Notes: generated by a model from the letters alone, not told the origin. DNA of 64,000 nt from Minisyncoccota bacterium (GCA_041661305.1 JBAZUR010000003.1:5103-69102), one strand, 5' to 3'. Shown: positions 9,787-19,686, numbered from the stretch's first letter. Translations and numbers: made by a program.

Positions 9787-11055
9787 TTACGAACGCTTTA
9801 GTGAAACTAATTCTTCTCGCACCACAGAAGCATCATCCCACTCCGTCTTTGTTCCGTTTGGACCCATTAAATATGGATCAGTCCCTTTTCCAGTGATTAA
9901 AACAGCGTCTCCTGTTTTTGCATGTTTAAGACCTTCCCGTATTGCTTCACGGCGGTTTGTCAAAATGATTGGTCTTTTGTTTCTTATACCTACCGCGATG
10001 GCTTCCGTGATTTCTCTTGGGTTTTCGTCATACGAATCATCATCGGTTAAAATTATTTCATCACAATAAGTGTCGGCTACACGTCCCATTTCTGGGCGTT
10101 TCCATTTATCTCTCCCTCCACCCGTTGCTCCGAAGACACAGATTTTTTTATGATTCTGAAATACTTGGTAAACTTTTTCCATAGAATCTGCTGTGTGGGC
10201 ATAATCAACAACAACAACAAAATCTTGCCCCACATCAATTTTTTCTAGGCGCCCCCTAATACCACTAAATTTTTCTAAAGCTCGTTTAATAATCTCTTCG
10301 CTTATGTTTTGTGACTTGGCAAAGTTAATCGCGGCTAAAATATTATAGAGATTAAATTCCCCAGAAAGATGAGAGTGTATTTTCTCTCCACCTAAAGTGA
10401 AGTCCAAACCGTTTTCGTAAAGTTTAAATGGCTCTGCGTCGGCAAGGAAGAACTTAGATTTGCTAGATACTTTAAAGTTTAAAAAATTATCACCATATTT
10501 ATCGTCTCCATTTGCGATAAGAACCTTTTTTTGTTTTGGTGAACTCTCTACCTCTCTTGCTATAGAAAGTTTTGCTTTTAAGTAATTTTCAAACGAGCCA
10601 TGAGACTCAATGTGCTCGGGGGAGAGGTTGGTAAAGATTAGTCCGTCTGGGTAAATAAACTTATGTCTAAAGAAGCGGGCTCCTTCAGAAGTTGTTTCAA
10701 CTAAAGCATAATCACATTTTGCTTTTACTGCTCGACGTAACATTTTTTGGACAAAAAATCTTCCCGGCATTGTCATTTTAAAAAGATTTCGCTCTTCTTT
10801 TTTGCCAACCTTAAAACGAAGAGTAGAGATTATTGCTGTGGAATAACCAGCTTCTTCCAAAATAGCGTTTACAATCTCTACAGTACTCGTCTTTCCTTTG
10901 GTGCCAGTTATGGTTAAGACATAAAGTTTTTTCCCAGGAAATCGATAAATAATTGCACCCAAAAGAGAAAGAGAGAAGTGATATGCAGGCTGGAAAAATC
11001 TATAAATCTTTTTTGGTATAAATTTTTCAATTATGCGAAGAATTTTATCAAGCAT
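9787..11055 (-). CDS. Mur ligase family protein (MurE-like UDP-N-acetylmuramoyl-tripeptide ligase)
   Basis: ATP-binding motif ITGTKGKTST and a DYAHTADSMEKV motif resembling the MurE DYAHTPDAL signature. At 422 aa it is shorter than canonical MurE. Confidence 0.55.
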   Translation of the reverse strand: MLDKILRIIEKFIPKKIYRFFQPAYHFSLSLLGAIIYRFPGKKLYVLTITGTKGKTSTVEIVNAILEEAGYSTAIISTLRFKVGKKEERNLFKMTMPGRFFVQKMLRRAVKAKCDYALVETTSEGARFFRHKFIYPDGLIFTNLSPEHIESHGSFENYLKAKLSIAREVESSPKQKKVLIANGDDKYGDNFLNFKVSSKSKFFLADAEPFKLYENGLDFTLGGEKIHSHLSGEFNLYNILAAINFAKSQNISEEIIKRALEKFSGIRGRLEKIDVGQDFVVVVDYAHTADSMEKVYQVFQNHKKICVFGATGGGRDKWKRPEMGRVADTYCDEIILTDDDSYDENPREITEAIAVGIRNKRPIILTNRREAIREGLKHAKTGDAVLITGKGTDPYLMGPNGTKTEWDDASVVREELVSLKRS

Positions 11056-11057
11056 TT

Positions 11058-11636
11058 TTATTTTATGTTCCCTAAAATTTTTAAGGCTTCCTTTACCCGT
11101 TTTCCAGTGCCAGAAACTTCGTGAGAAACTTTTTTAAGAGCACTTCTAGCTTCGTGTTGTGAATAGCCAAGAGATTGAAGGGCTTCCACAGCATCAGATT
11201 CCTCTTGTAGTTCTGGTGACCCAACATCTGTCCAAGCTCCTAATTTGTCTCGAAGTTCAAGGACAATTTTTTCTGCAGTTTTTCTGCCGATACCTGAGAT
11301 TTTTGTTAGATACGAGGCCTCACCAGTTGAAATAGCTTTACGGATACTTTCAGTCGGAGCAACGTTCATTATGGCGATAGCTGATTTTGGTCCAATACCA
11401 GAAACAGTTAACAAAAGCTCAAAAAACTCAAGTTCACCTTGTTCTTCAAAACCATATAAATCAAGGGCATTTTCTCGTACTGCAAGATATGTCCAAACTC
11501 GGACTGCACTTTTTGATTTACCTATTTTTCTTAATGTTTCCATTGTGGCGTTTACTTTATAGCCAACACCAGAAACATCGATAACAACGTATCGATCTCC
11601 AGAAAAAACCACCATTCCCTCTAGTTGAGAAATCAT
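11058..11636 (-). CDS. ruvA: Holliday junction DNA helicase subunit RuvA
   Basis: N-terminus MISQLEGMVVFSGDRYVVIDVSGVGYKV and HhH motifs (GIGPKSA, GIGRKTAEKI). Confidence 0.85.
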   Translation of the reverse strand: MISQLEGMVVFSGDRYVVIDVSGVGYKVNATMETLRKIGKSKSAVRVWTYLAVRENALDLYGFEEQGELEFFELLLTVSGIGPKSAIAIMNVAPTESIRKAISTGEASYLTKISGIGRKTAEKIVLELRDKLGAWTDVGSPELQEESDAVEALQSLGYSQHEARSALKKVSHEVSGTGKRVKEALKILGNIK

Positions 11637-11637
11637 A

Positions 11638-11982
11638 TTATTTTGGTTCTACAAAAACAGCTGTGCCATAGCAAAGAACTTCTGTTACTCCACCCATTAT
11701 GTCTGTTGCGTCATAGCGCATACCAACAACAGCGTTTGCCCCCAATTCTTCTGCGTGTCGGCACATAAGTTCAAAAGAATCCTTTCTTGTATTTTCACAT
11801 AGAGCCGAAAGCAAAGATATGTTACCACCCCATAATGTTTGGAGTCCGGCGCCTATCGTGCCAACAATAGAGCGGGAGCGCACAATAATCCCGCGACTTA
11901 TGCCCAAATTTTTTATAATTTTATAATTAGTAAGCTCAAATGCGGTTGTAACCATCGCTTTATCTATAGATTGTCTTTCCAT
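11638..11982 (-). CDS. YbjQ/UPF0145 family protein
   Basis: The whole-length pattern ...[11 protein letters not shown]...GTAV is typical of UPF0145. Confidence 0.7.
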   Translation of the reverse strand: MERQSIDKAMVTTAFELTNYKIIKNLGISRGIIVRSRSIVGTIGAGLQTLWGGNISLLSALCENTRKDSFELMCRHAEELGANAVVGMRYDATDIMGGVTEVLCYGTAVFVEPK

Positions 11983-12114
11983 AAATTTAGTCTATCAGAC
12001 CTATGAGGCACCAGCAAAAGAGCGGTTGCCTTTTTTATACAGACTTGGTAGTATCTCGGAACTAGCTTTGTTTTTGGTACGGACTGGAAACTAACGGCTA
12101 AAACTAAATTATTT

Positions 12115-12375
12115 ATGGCAATTACCAAAGGAGCAAAAAAAGCGATTCGCGTTTCTAAGCGAAAGAAGGTATTTAATGACCGTCGCCAAAGAGCAATGAA
12201 AGATATCGTCAAAGACGTGAAGAAGCTTGTTGTTGTTGGTAAAAAAGAGGAGGCTCTAAGCAAGCTCTCGGCTGCTTATAAAGCTATCGACAAAGCAGCT
12301 AAGCGTGGAGTTATAAAGAAAAATACCGCTGCTCGTAAAAAGTCTCGACTTACAGTCGCAATTCAGAAGAAGTAA
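12115..12375 (+). CDS. rpsT: 30S ribosomal protein S20
   Basis: MAITKGAKKAIRVSKRKKVFNDRRQ...KAIDKAAKRGVIKKNTAARKKSRL. Confidence 0.85.
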   Translation: MAITKGAKKAIRVSKRKKVFNDRRQRAMKDIVKDVKKLVVVGKKEEALSKLSAAYKAIDKAAKRGVIKKNTAARKKSRLTVAIQKK

Positions 12376-12442
12376 CAAAACGGAGACTAAGAGCCGTCTA
12401 CAGGTGCCTGTCATTACCGACAGGCTCCCCGTTTTTTAAAAT

Positions 12443-12739
12443 ATGAAAAATATTAAACCAGAAGAAGTTGCTGAGGTGTTGGCTCAAGGAGCGACGCTTC
12501 TTGACGTACGAACAGAAGATGAGTTTTTAGACGGGCATATTCCTGGAGCAATAAATATCGAGATAGGGGAAATGTCTGATGAGGATATTGAACAATTAGA
12601 TAAAGAAAAAACATACGTTCTTTACTGTCGTTCAGGCGGGCGCTCTTCTCGAGCGGCACAAATGTTAGAGGCACTTGATTTTGGAGATGTTTATAATCTA
12701 GAAGGAGGATATATGGAGTGGGTAAAGACACAGGGGTAG
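12443..12739 (+). CDS. Rhodanese-domain sulfurtransferase
   Basis: Active-site loop YCRSGGRSSRAAQ. Confidence 0.8.
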   Translation: MKNIKPEEVAEVLAQGATLLDVRTEDEFLDGHIPGAINIEIGEMSDEDIEQLDKEKTYVLYCRSGGRSSRAAQMLEALDFGDVYNLEGGYMEWVKTQG

Positions 12740-12956
12740 GGAGGGAGGAAAAAAAGAGGGGGGATCGGTCACGAATAATTTTGAAGACATATTAGTTCAT
12801 CGGTCACGAGTTACTAAATTTTTATTTCGCTTTGTTCGAAGTAGTTTCTCGGACATAATCAGTAATCGCCTCTCGCATTGCTATGCTCGAAACCTACACT
12901 CGCTCTTCGCGAGTTGCGGCCCGCGGTTCGGTTCCTGCCGAGACAAGATAGTAAAA

Positions 12957-12996
12957 ATATAAAGTGGTCACATAAGTATATGTGACCACTTTATAT
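12957..12996. terminator. 17-bp perfect palindrome (atataaagtggtcacat/atgtgaccactttatat) plus T-run; terminator of the minus-strand tRNA-Arg
   Basis: Perfect inverted repeat with a 6-nt loop, immediately 3' of the tRNA on the minus strand and followed by T's. Confidence 0.6.
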
Positions 12997-13003
12997 TTTC
13001 ATG

Positions 13004-13075
13004 TGCCCTCGGCAGGAATCGAACCTGCATCACAAGTACCGCAAACTTGAATCCTATCCATTGAACGACGAGGGC
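13004..13075 (-). tRNA. tRNA-Arg (anticodon read as GCG, unusual)
   Basis: Minus-strand cloverleaf. Acceptor GCCCTCG/CGAGGGC, anticodon stem CAAGT/ACTTG, loop TTGCGGT, T-arm GCAGGTTCGATTCCTGC. Confidence 0.7.
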
Positions 13076-13143
13076 AAACTCTATTTAACACATAAGATAT
13101 AACATACAACAGGCAAAATCGCCATTACTTGTCTAATTTTTAC

Positions 13144-13608
13144 CTAAAAACCAAAATTCTCGAAAATTTTTTGAGCTATCGGTTCATGTAATGTTTTTTC
13201 CTCCAAAAACTCTTTTAGTAAGTTAACTACATTTTCTTGGTTGGTATCCCCAAGTGGAATTACAAGAAGTGGCATAAGAAGGCGCGTTGATTGAAGTAGT
13301 AATTTTTTGTTGATTGAGTCGTCTGAAATACAAAAAGCCTCAAGGTTTTCGTATGGATATAAAACTCCACCAGAACGTACTCCTTTCTCGCTAATTTCAA
13401 AAAGAATCGGCGAAGGTTTTTTGTTTGCGTGTGTTGCTATGGCAAAAGCGGAGAGAAGGATAAGAAATGAAAATAAAACATTTCCATAGATGAAAGCTGC
13501 AACACTTCCTGAAACAGCTACAATCCAAAGAGCCCAAAACCAATCAGGATCTTTATGGTTGTGTTCGTACTCTGTTGCAATCCAAGAAATTTTTTGAGGA
13601 GCAATCAT
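13144..13608 (-). CDS. Hypothetical membrane protein
   Basis: Two N-terminal transmembrane segments. No recognisable motifs. Confidence 0.4.
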   Translation of the reverse strand: MIAPQKISWIATEYEHNHKDPDWFWALWIVAVSGSVAAFIYGNVLFSFLILLSAFAIATHANKKPSPILFEISEKGVRSGGVLYPYENLEAFCISDDSINKKLLLQSTRLLMPLLVIPLGDTNQENVVNLLKEFLEEKTLHEPIAQKIFENFGF

Positions 13609-13761
13609 CTAAATATTATAACAGAAGACAAGGAATTTAGAATTTGCAATGTAACTTTTTGGGGAGTTTTTAGGTTTTAATAAATGAAAGGTCGAAAACG
13701 AAATAAATGGCGGTGGGGCGGACTTCGACTGTCGCGCTCTTCCGTGTTGTATAATACGGAC

Positions 13762-14346
13762 ATGGCATTAAGTGAAGTAGAAGAAATAGAAGGGGTACTT
13801 TCTGATGAAGAAATACTGTATCGGTCTATTGAAAACCCCAGCTATTTTGCAGAAATAGTCGATCGATATCAGACAGCACTACTTCGAAAAGCGAATATGA
13901 TGCTCCGTAACGAAGAAAATGCGGAAGATGCTGTGCAAGAAGCTTTTGTAAAAATATACGCAAACGCATCGCGTTTTAAAGAAGTCCCTGGAGCAACCTT
14001 TAAGTCATGGGCGTATAAAATCCTTGTTAACACCTGCCTCACGCTTTTAAAGAAGAACAAAAGAGAAAAAGAAGTTTTTGTTGCGCTTGACCCAGAACTT
14101 GCCGAAGTGATTGCCGACCCGATAGACCTTTCGTATATTGATAAAAAGCTTTCCACAGACCATTTAATGTCTTTAGTGTCACGACTTTCGGAGACGTTAA
14201 GGCGCACCGTGACATGGCACACTGTTGACGATCTTTCTTATCAAGAGATTGCAGAGAAAGAAGGGGTGACAGAAGGTGTCGTGCGAGCGAGAATGCATCG
14301 AGCCAAAAAAGAACTTAAGAAAATAAATGAATCATTCGAAACGTAG
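13762..14346 (+). CDS. ECF-type RNA polymerase sigma factor (sigma-70 regions 2 and 4)
   Basis: Region 2 AEDAVQEAFVKIY....FKSWAYKILVN and region 4 LSYQEIAEKEGVTEGVVRARMHRAKKEL. Confidence 0.75.
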   Translation: MALSEVEEIEGVLSDEEILYRSIENPSYFAEIVDRYQTALLRKANMMLRNEENAEDAVQEAFVKIYANASRFKEVPGATFKSWAYKILVNTCLTLLKKNKREKEVFVALDPELAEVIADPIDLSYIDKKLSTDHLMSLVSRLSETLRRTVTWHTVDDLSYQEIAEKEGVTEGVVRARMHRAKKELKKINESFET

Positions 14347-14701
14347 TTTAAAAAATATGGAACAAATAAATAAAATTAAAGAAAAGGTAATGTGGAGAGT
14401 TCACTTCATCTACAAAACAAGGAGAATTTTAAACTCACCGCTTTTCCCGTTGGTTTTTCTTGTTGTTTCAGCGGGAGCACTAAGTGTTTTGGTTTCTATC
14501 CAGCATGTGATTGAGAATACCCCAAAGAATTTTGATTTTGTAAGACAATACCAGTTTTGGTTTTCTGCGGTTTCAAACACAGAGCTTGCGGTGAAAGCAA
14601 CATTGCTCGTGGCACTGTTTCTTCTAGTGGTTGAGGTACGCAATATTCTAGGGTCTTTGCAGGTGTTTAAACATTCCCGTCAAACTTTAAGTGTTTCGTA
14701 A
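14327..14701 (+). CDS. Putative membrane anti-sigma factor
   Basis: Overlaps the stop of the sigma-factor gene. Single transmembrane segment. Assignment is by position only. Confidence 0.35.
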   Translation: MNHSKRSLKNMEQINKIKEKVMWRVHFIYKTRRILNSPLFPLVFLVVSAGALSVLVSIQHVIENTPKNFDFVRQYQFWFSAVSNTELAVKATLLVALFLLVVEVRNILGSLQVFKHSRQTLSVS

Positions 14702-14840
14702 CAAATAAATTTATTGCCTAGTTATAATAGGCATGAAGAAGGCACTTTTTGAAAAAATTATAGAAAGACGAACTCCAACGTAAAGGGGAAGCGCCTATTG
14801 GCGCTATGCATAAAAACTTCATAACACACCAGGTTAAAGA

Positions 14841-14869
14841 AAAAGCCACCGCGAAGGTGGCTTTTTTTG
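14841..14869. terminator. Bidirectional terminator (aaaaagccaccgcgaaggtggcttttttt)
   Basis: Inverted repeat flanked by an A-run and a T-run, between convergent genes. Confidence 0.7.
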
Positions 14870-14879
14870 TGGGAGGCTC

Positions 14880-15308
14880 TTACTTATGATCAGCTATCTC
14901 TCTACGAAGAGCGTTGTCATAGTTTTGCATGAGGTCTAGGAACCAAAAACCAAAGAAGAACTCGCAAAACATCAGAAGGAGTCCCCATCCAAAATACGGC
15001 AGAAACACTTCCGTTGCGATGATGGTCGCCGTGAACAGGGTAAGCACAGTCACTTGGGTGTGCCAGTTTCTGTTCGGAAAAATGAAGCGGGAGATTTCCC
15101 AGCACAGCAGAAGGAAAAACAGAGGGAGTACACCAAAATTCACCCACATTTGGTCTAGAACGAACCTTACTTTTGTGGGTAAAAAGAATCCCCAGCGGTA
15201 CAGCGCTCGGGCGTGCTGGTTTTGCCTGATACCGTCGTCAATGATAAACGATAGCTTTTGAAACCAGTTCAGGTCAGGGCGGTTTGCGTATGTCGACAAG
15301 ATATTCAC
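14880..15308 (-). CDS. Hypothetical membrane protein (GC-richer)
   Basis: Three to four transmembrane segments. The overlapping ORFs in other frames are composition artefacts. Confidence 0.4.
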   Translation of the reverse strand: MNILSTYANRPDLNWFQKLSFIIDDGIRQNQHARALYRWGFFLPTKVRFVLDQMWVNFGVLPLFFLLLCWEISRFIFPNRNWHTQVTVLTLFTATIIATEVFLPYFGWGLLLMFCEFFFGFWFLDLMQNYDNALRREIADHK

Positions 15309-15389
15309 GGTTACTCCTTTCGATTTAAGAAGGTACGTTAAGCTAAGGAAAAATTAGCATGAACGGGAGAAGAAAGAAACCTTTGTGGT

Positions 15390-15692
15390 TTAAAATTCAC
15401 GTTTTCCTTCCCATGGGAACGTATGATAGTTGACCGTGAGTTCTTCACCAGACTCTATGTTTTTAGTTGCTATAAAATATATATTTTTACCAGTGACTGC
15501 TAACTGCATATTTGGGGTATTGCTGTGATTAGCGAACTTCCCCAACTCTGTTCGTGCGTAATCATGGTCAGGATTACCAGTATTATTTTGGTGAACAAAA
15601 GAAAGGCCGATACTTTCGTTTTCTAATATTGGTCTGGTGGAGAAGACCCCTTTTCCTGATATTGGCGAAGCTTTAATGTTGTAGTTGTTCAT
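15390..15692 (-). CDS. SET-domain protein (putative protein-lysine methyltransferase)
   Basis: SPISGKGVFSTRPI, the FANHSNTPN (NHSC-like) motif, and the post-SET-like GEELTVNY. Confidence 0.7.
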   Translation of the reverse strand: MNNYNIKASPISGKGVFSTRPILENESIGLSFVHQNNTGNPDHDYARTELGKFANHSNTPNMQLAVTGKNIYFIATKNIESGEELTVNYHTFPWEGKREF

Positions 15693-15885
15693 TGTTGCTA
15701 CTATTTAAGCGAGGGGTGAGATTCGGTCACGAGTAAATTTCCTGGCGGAAATTTCTCTCGACCCCAGCTCGCCATTTTTGCCTTTGCTTCGCAAAACAAA
15801 AATAAGGCTGTGCTTTTCGAATCTCACACGCGAGCAAAGCAGTTTGCTCGCTCCCATCCGCAGCTTTTCGCTGCGCTTCAATTTG

Positions 15886-15970
15886 CGGATGGGGTGAGAT
15901 TCGAACTCACGGTACCTTGCGGTACGCTAGTTTTCAAGACTAGTGCTTTAGACCACTCAGCCACCCATCC
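15886..15970 (-). tRNA. tRNA-Ser (anticodon TGA)
   Basis: Acceptor GGATGGG/CCCATCC, anticodon stem CTAGT/ACTAG with loop CTTGAAA, long variable arm, T-arm GTGAGTTCGAATCTCAC. Confidence 0.85.
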
Positions 15971-16072
15971 GTTAAAATCAGTTATTAAACCGAAGTAGGC
16001 CTATCATAGCAAAAATGCTCAAGCTGGCAATTATCTCTCGGCAGAGTTTGTTTTTTGAAGTAAGATACCTTT

Positions 16073-16489
16073 ATGCGACTTTTAGGAATTGATTATGGTG
16101 GGAAGCGGATTGGTCTGGCTCTTTCCGACGAAACTCACAGCTTAGCTTTTCCTTTTAAGGTTGTTCTTAATGGAAAAACCATAATAGAGGAGTTGAAAAA
16201 AATATGTGACGAAAATAGTGTCTCGGGGGTTGTCATTGGTGAGTCACGCGACGACAAAGGAAAAGAAAATGAAATAATGGTTGCCGTGCGTGAATTTGCT
16301 GGCGTCATTCAAAAAGAAACAGGACTGCCGGTTTTTTTTGAACAAGAGTATCTGACTTCGGTTGAAGCACACAGAATTTCTTTTTTTGAGCAAGGGAGAC
16401 AAAAGGGTAAGGATATTGATGCTGCCGCGGCGACATTAATTTTACAAAGGTATTTGGATAAGAGAAATGCAGGTAATTCCAAATTTTAA
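16073..16489 (+). CDS. ruvX: Holliday junction resolvase-like protein RuvX/YqgF
   Basis: N-terminus MRLLGIDYGGKRIGLALSD. Confidence 0.8.
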   Translation: MRLLGIDYGGKRIGLALSDETHSLAFPFKVVLNGKTIIEELKKICDENSVSGVVIGESRDDKGKENEIMVAVREFAGVIQKETGLPVFFEQEYLTSVEAHRISFFEQGRQKGKDIDAAAATLILQRYLDKRNAGNSKF

Positions 16490-16577
16490 ATTTCAAAATA
16501 AATAATCCAAATGACTTAATTCAAAAAAGACTGCATTAAAACATTGTTTAAAAATTAAAAACTTAGAATTAAAAATT

Positions 16578-16904
16578 ATGATAAATATTGATGATTTCAA
16601 AAAACTAGAAATAAAAATTGGCACAATTCTTTCAGCTGAGAAAGTTCCCGATGCGGATAAACTAATAAAATTCTCCGTTGATTTAGGGGAAGAAGCACCG
16701 CGCACTATTTTGTCGGGTATTGCTTCACATTATTCTGACCCAGCTGTTTTGGTGGGGAAGCAGGTGCCAATACTCTCCAACTTAGAGACACGTACAATCC
16801 GGGGAATTGAGAGCCAAGGAATGATTTTATATGCTGTTGGTGAAGATATGCTTACGACTATAGAACCAGGAGTTAAGGTTACTCCAGGAACAAAGGTTGC
16901 CTAA
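16578..16904 (+). CDS. tRNA-binding domain protein (CsaA/Trbp111/EMAP-like OB fold)
   Basis: FKKLEIKIGTILSAEKVPDADKL...SQGMILYAV. Confidence 0.75.
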   Translation: MINIDDFKKLEIKIGTILSAEKVPDADKLIKFSVDLGEEAPRTILSGIASHYSDPAVLVGKQVPILSNLETRTIRGIESQGMILYAVGEDMLTTIEPGVKVTPGTKVA

Positions 16905-16907
16905 ACC

Positions 16908-17504
16908 ATGAGAGATTTTTTTGATAATACTCGCGATAAGCTTCACAGGTGGACCATGCACCATAGCTCAAAAGAAAGCGCTCCGTGGTGGCTTGCCGGT
17001 ATTTCTTTTGCTGAATCATCTTTTTTCCCTATTCCACCAGATCTTTTTCTTTCCGCGATATTGATTGCAAAAAAAGGCGCAAGTTGGTTTAGGCTCGCAC
17101 TTATCACAACTGGAGCAAGTGTGGTCGGGGGGTTATTTGGGTACTTGATAGGATATTCTTTCTTTAGTTTAATCGGAGCCCCACTAATTTCTTTTTATCA
17201 CGCCGAAGATGCCTTTCATCAAGTTGAACAGCTTTTTTCTGGTAATGCTTTTTTGGCTATATTTCTCGCGGCTTTTACACCGATTCCTTACAAGGTTTTC
17301 ACAATAGCTGCTGGTTTTTTTAAAATAAATTTACTTACGTTTATTGTTGCTTCGTTCATTGGTCGAGGTATGAGATTTTTTGTTGTGGCATATCTATTCA
17401 AAACATTTGGAGAAAAAATCGGAAGTCTTGTTTATCGCTATTTTAATATTGCGGCAATAATTTTTGCTATTCTTTTGGTTGTTCTTGTTATCTACGTTTT
17501 CTAA
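16908..17504 (+). CDS. DedA/YqaA family membrane protein
   Basis: Multi-transmembrane protein with a PDLFLSAILIAKKG...GA..GY.IGY pattern. Confidence 0.6.
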   Translation: MRDFFDNTRDKLHRWTMHHSSKESAPWWLAGISFAESSFFPIPPDLFLSAILIAKKGASWFRLALITTGASVVGGLFGYLIGYSFFSLIGAPLISFYHAEDAFHQVEQLFSGNAFLAIFLAAFTPIPYKVFTIAAGFFKINLLTFIVASFIGRGMRFFVVAYLFKTFGEKIGSLVYRYFNIAAIIFAILLVVLVIYVF

Positions 17505-17533
17505 AAGAAGTTTGTGCCGTATAATATTAACAA

Positions 17534-18616
17534 ATGAACGCACTCGAAAAGTTCTTTCCTGTTCCAGAGTACATGGCTATGCCGGCTATCGGCCTTGATA
17601 TTTCTGATCAATCAATTCGCTTTTTGGAACTAGAAAGAAAAGGTAGTCATTTCTCTATTGGACGCTACGGCGAAAAGAAAGTTCACAAAGGATTAATGGA
17701 GGCAGGGAAGCTTAAAGATATTTCTGGAATGAAAGAAGTGCTCCGTGTCATAGGGACAGAACAAAAATTTTCTTTTACTAATGTTTCACTTTCTGAAGAA
17801 GAAGCTTACTTATTCCGCATGAAAGTACCACGAGTTAGATTGAGAGAATTAAGAGGGAGTATCGATCTTCAACTTGAAAACTATGTTCCACTCAAGGCGA
17901 GCGAAGTTGTTTTTGATTATGAAATAATCAGCGAGGACGAAAGTGGTTATGATATTGAAGTTTCTGTTTTACCAAAAGGAGTGGCTCAAAACTACTTTGA
18001 TTTGTTTGAGGGAACTAATTTAACACCCCTTGTTTTTGAAATTGAAGCGCAAGCTATCGCGAGGGCAGTTATAAAAAGAAAAGACAAAAGAACTTACATG
18101 GTGGTTGATTTTGGCGAAACCAGAACTGGAATATCCGTTGTGAGTGAAGGTGTGCTGATGTTTACTTCAACACTCGATGTTGTGGGGGGGCACTCACTTA
18201 ACGAAGCAATTGAAAAGAGCTTCAAGGTATCTCCCGAAGAAGCAGAGTTAATGAAGAGGGAGAAAGGGATTAGAAAAAGTGCTGGCAAGAATGACCTCTT
18301 TCAGGCTCTTATTGGACCAATCTCTGTTTTGCGCGATGAAATAAATAAACACTATGTCTATTGGCATACATACAAAGAGGGTGGTGGAAAAGACAAAGAG
18401 AAGATTGAAAAAATAATTCTTTGCGGAGGGGATGCTAACTTACTTGGGTTAACAGATTATCTTTCTGCAAGTCTTAAGGTCCCTGTTGAGCGCGCTAATA
18501 TTTGGACTAACGTTGATTATAGAGACGGTTTTATTCCAGAGATAGAATTTAATGACTCACTTCGTTATGCCACCGCAGTTGGCTTGGCCTTGGGTGGTTT
18601 TTGGGGACATGATTAA
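17534..18616 (+). CDS. pilM: Type IV pilus assembly protein PilM
   Basis: Actin-like ATPase fold, IGLDISDQSIRFLELE at the N-terminus, about 360 aa, followed by pilN/pilO-like genes. Confidence 0.75.
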   Translation: MNALEKFFPVPEYMAMPAIGLDISDQSIRFLELERKGSHFSIGRYGEKKVHKGLMEAGKLKDISGMKEVLRVIGTEQKFSFTNVSLSEEEAYLFRMKVPRVRLRELRGSIDLQLENYVPLKASEVVFDYEIISEDESGYDIEVSVLPKGVAQNYFDLFEGTNLTPLVFEIEAQAIARAVIKRKDKRTYMVVDFGETRTGISVVSEGVLMFTSTLDVVGGHSLNEAIEKSFKVSPEEAELMKREKGIRKSAGKNDLFQALIGPISVLRDEINKHYVYWHTYKEGGGKDKEKIEKIILCGGDANLLGLTDYLSASLKVPVERANIWTNVDYRDGFIPEIEFNDSLRYATAVGLALGGFWGHD

Positions 18617-19142
18617 CTTAATTCCAAAAGAAGAAAAAATACAGATTACCGAAGAATATCGACGGAGGCTTTTGGTCGTTTTCTTCCTTCTCTTGTTGTG
18701 TACTGGAGCCATTGCCATTCTGTTGTCTTTGCCAACTTATATTTTATTTGAGAGTAAATATAAAACAGTATTAGATAGTCTTGATGTGGCGAAACATCTT
18801 TCTCTTGAGCGTCGCGACGCTGAGACAGAACTTGCTGTACGAGATTTAAATGACCGTGTTTCGGTAATACTTTCTCCGGTTCAAAAACGTAGTGTTGTGG
18901 AGATTGTTTCAGTTGTTGTTTCAAAAAAAGTTGATGGCGTGTACATACAGAGAATTTCTTACGACGCAGCTCAAAATAGCGGTAACGTTTCAATTAGTGG
19001 TGTCGCCTTGAGTAGAGACAAAGCACTTTCTTTTGTTAAAGCCCTTGAGAGTGCACAAATTTTTTCTAAAATTGATTTACCTGTCGGAAGTTTGGTTAAA
19101 GAAAAAAACTTAGATTTTATAATTTCTGCAACCTTAAAATAA
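18609..19142 (+). CDS. pilN: PilN-like pilus assembly protein
   Basis: Overlaps the pilM stop. Single N-terminal transmembrane segment plus coiled-coil. Confidence 0.5.
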   Translation: MINLIPKEEKIQITEEYRRRLLVVFFLLLLCTGAIAILLSLPTYILFESKYKTVLDSLDVAKHLSLERRDAETELAVRDLNDRVSVILSPVQKRSVVEIVSVVVSKKVDGVYIQRISYDAAQNSGNVSISGVALSRDKALSFVKALESAQIFSKIDLPVGSLVKEKNLDFIISATLK

Positions 19143-19143
19143 A

Positions 19144-19677
19144 ATGATAAAAGGAAGAAAAACCAAACAAATACTAGGATTGATGATTGGGTTGAATATC
19201 TTGGTTTTTTCAGTATGTGGGGCCGTTGTTTATACGATGCAAAATAAAGAAAAAGATATACAAAGAGCAGTTAACGAATTGGCTAAATATTCTGAAGGAC
19301 AAAAAGAAACTTCTTACCTAAAAAGAACTCTCGACAGTCTTTCAAAAGAGAGAGCTAAGCTTGATTTGTATTTTATTACCAACCGCGACATCGTTCGTTT
19401 TATTGAGCAAATAGAAGCGCTTGGGGTTGAAGCAAGCGCGCCCGTAAAAATTTCGACCGTGGAAGTTGAAAGTGTAAGCTCTTTAAAGGTTGATTTCACT
19501 AGTAGTGGAACTTTTTCTCAGCTTTTTCACTTAGCTTCCTTGCTTGAATCTTTACCGTTTGAGGTTGTTATTAATAGATTTAATATTAGTAAAGAAAGTG
19601 TAAAAGATATTTCACCAAAGGAGACAAAATGGAACGCTGAGTTCTCTATAGTTCTAAAAGGGTTTCTTAATAAGTAA
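19144..19677 (+). CDS. pilO: PilO-like pilus assembly protein
   Basis: Position after pilMN. N-terminal transmembrane segment, coiled-coil, then an alpha/beta domain. Confidence 0.45.
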   Translation: MIKGRKTKQILGLMIGLNILVFSVCGAVVYTMQNKEKDIQRAVNELAKYSEGQKETSYLKRTLDSLSKERAKLDLYFITNRDIVRFIEQIEALGVEASAPVKISTVEVESVSSLKVDFTSSGTFSQLFHLASLLESLPFEVVINRFNISKESVKDISPKETKWNAEFSIVLKGFLNK

Positions 19678-19686
19678 AATTTATTT

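Noticed and set aside
9569-10069. 166-aa plus-strand ORF
   Set aside because: Antisense to the fpg and Mur-ligase genes, which have strong motif support.
14917-15261. ORFs 14917-15147(-) and 14929-15261(+) inside the 14880-15308 membrane-protein gene
   Set aside because: Alternate-frame or antisense readings of a locally GC-richer gene. Sequences are Arg/Pro-rich and non-protein-like.
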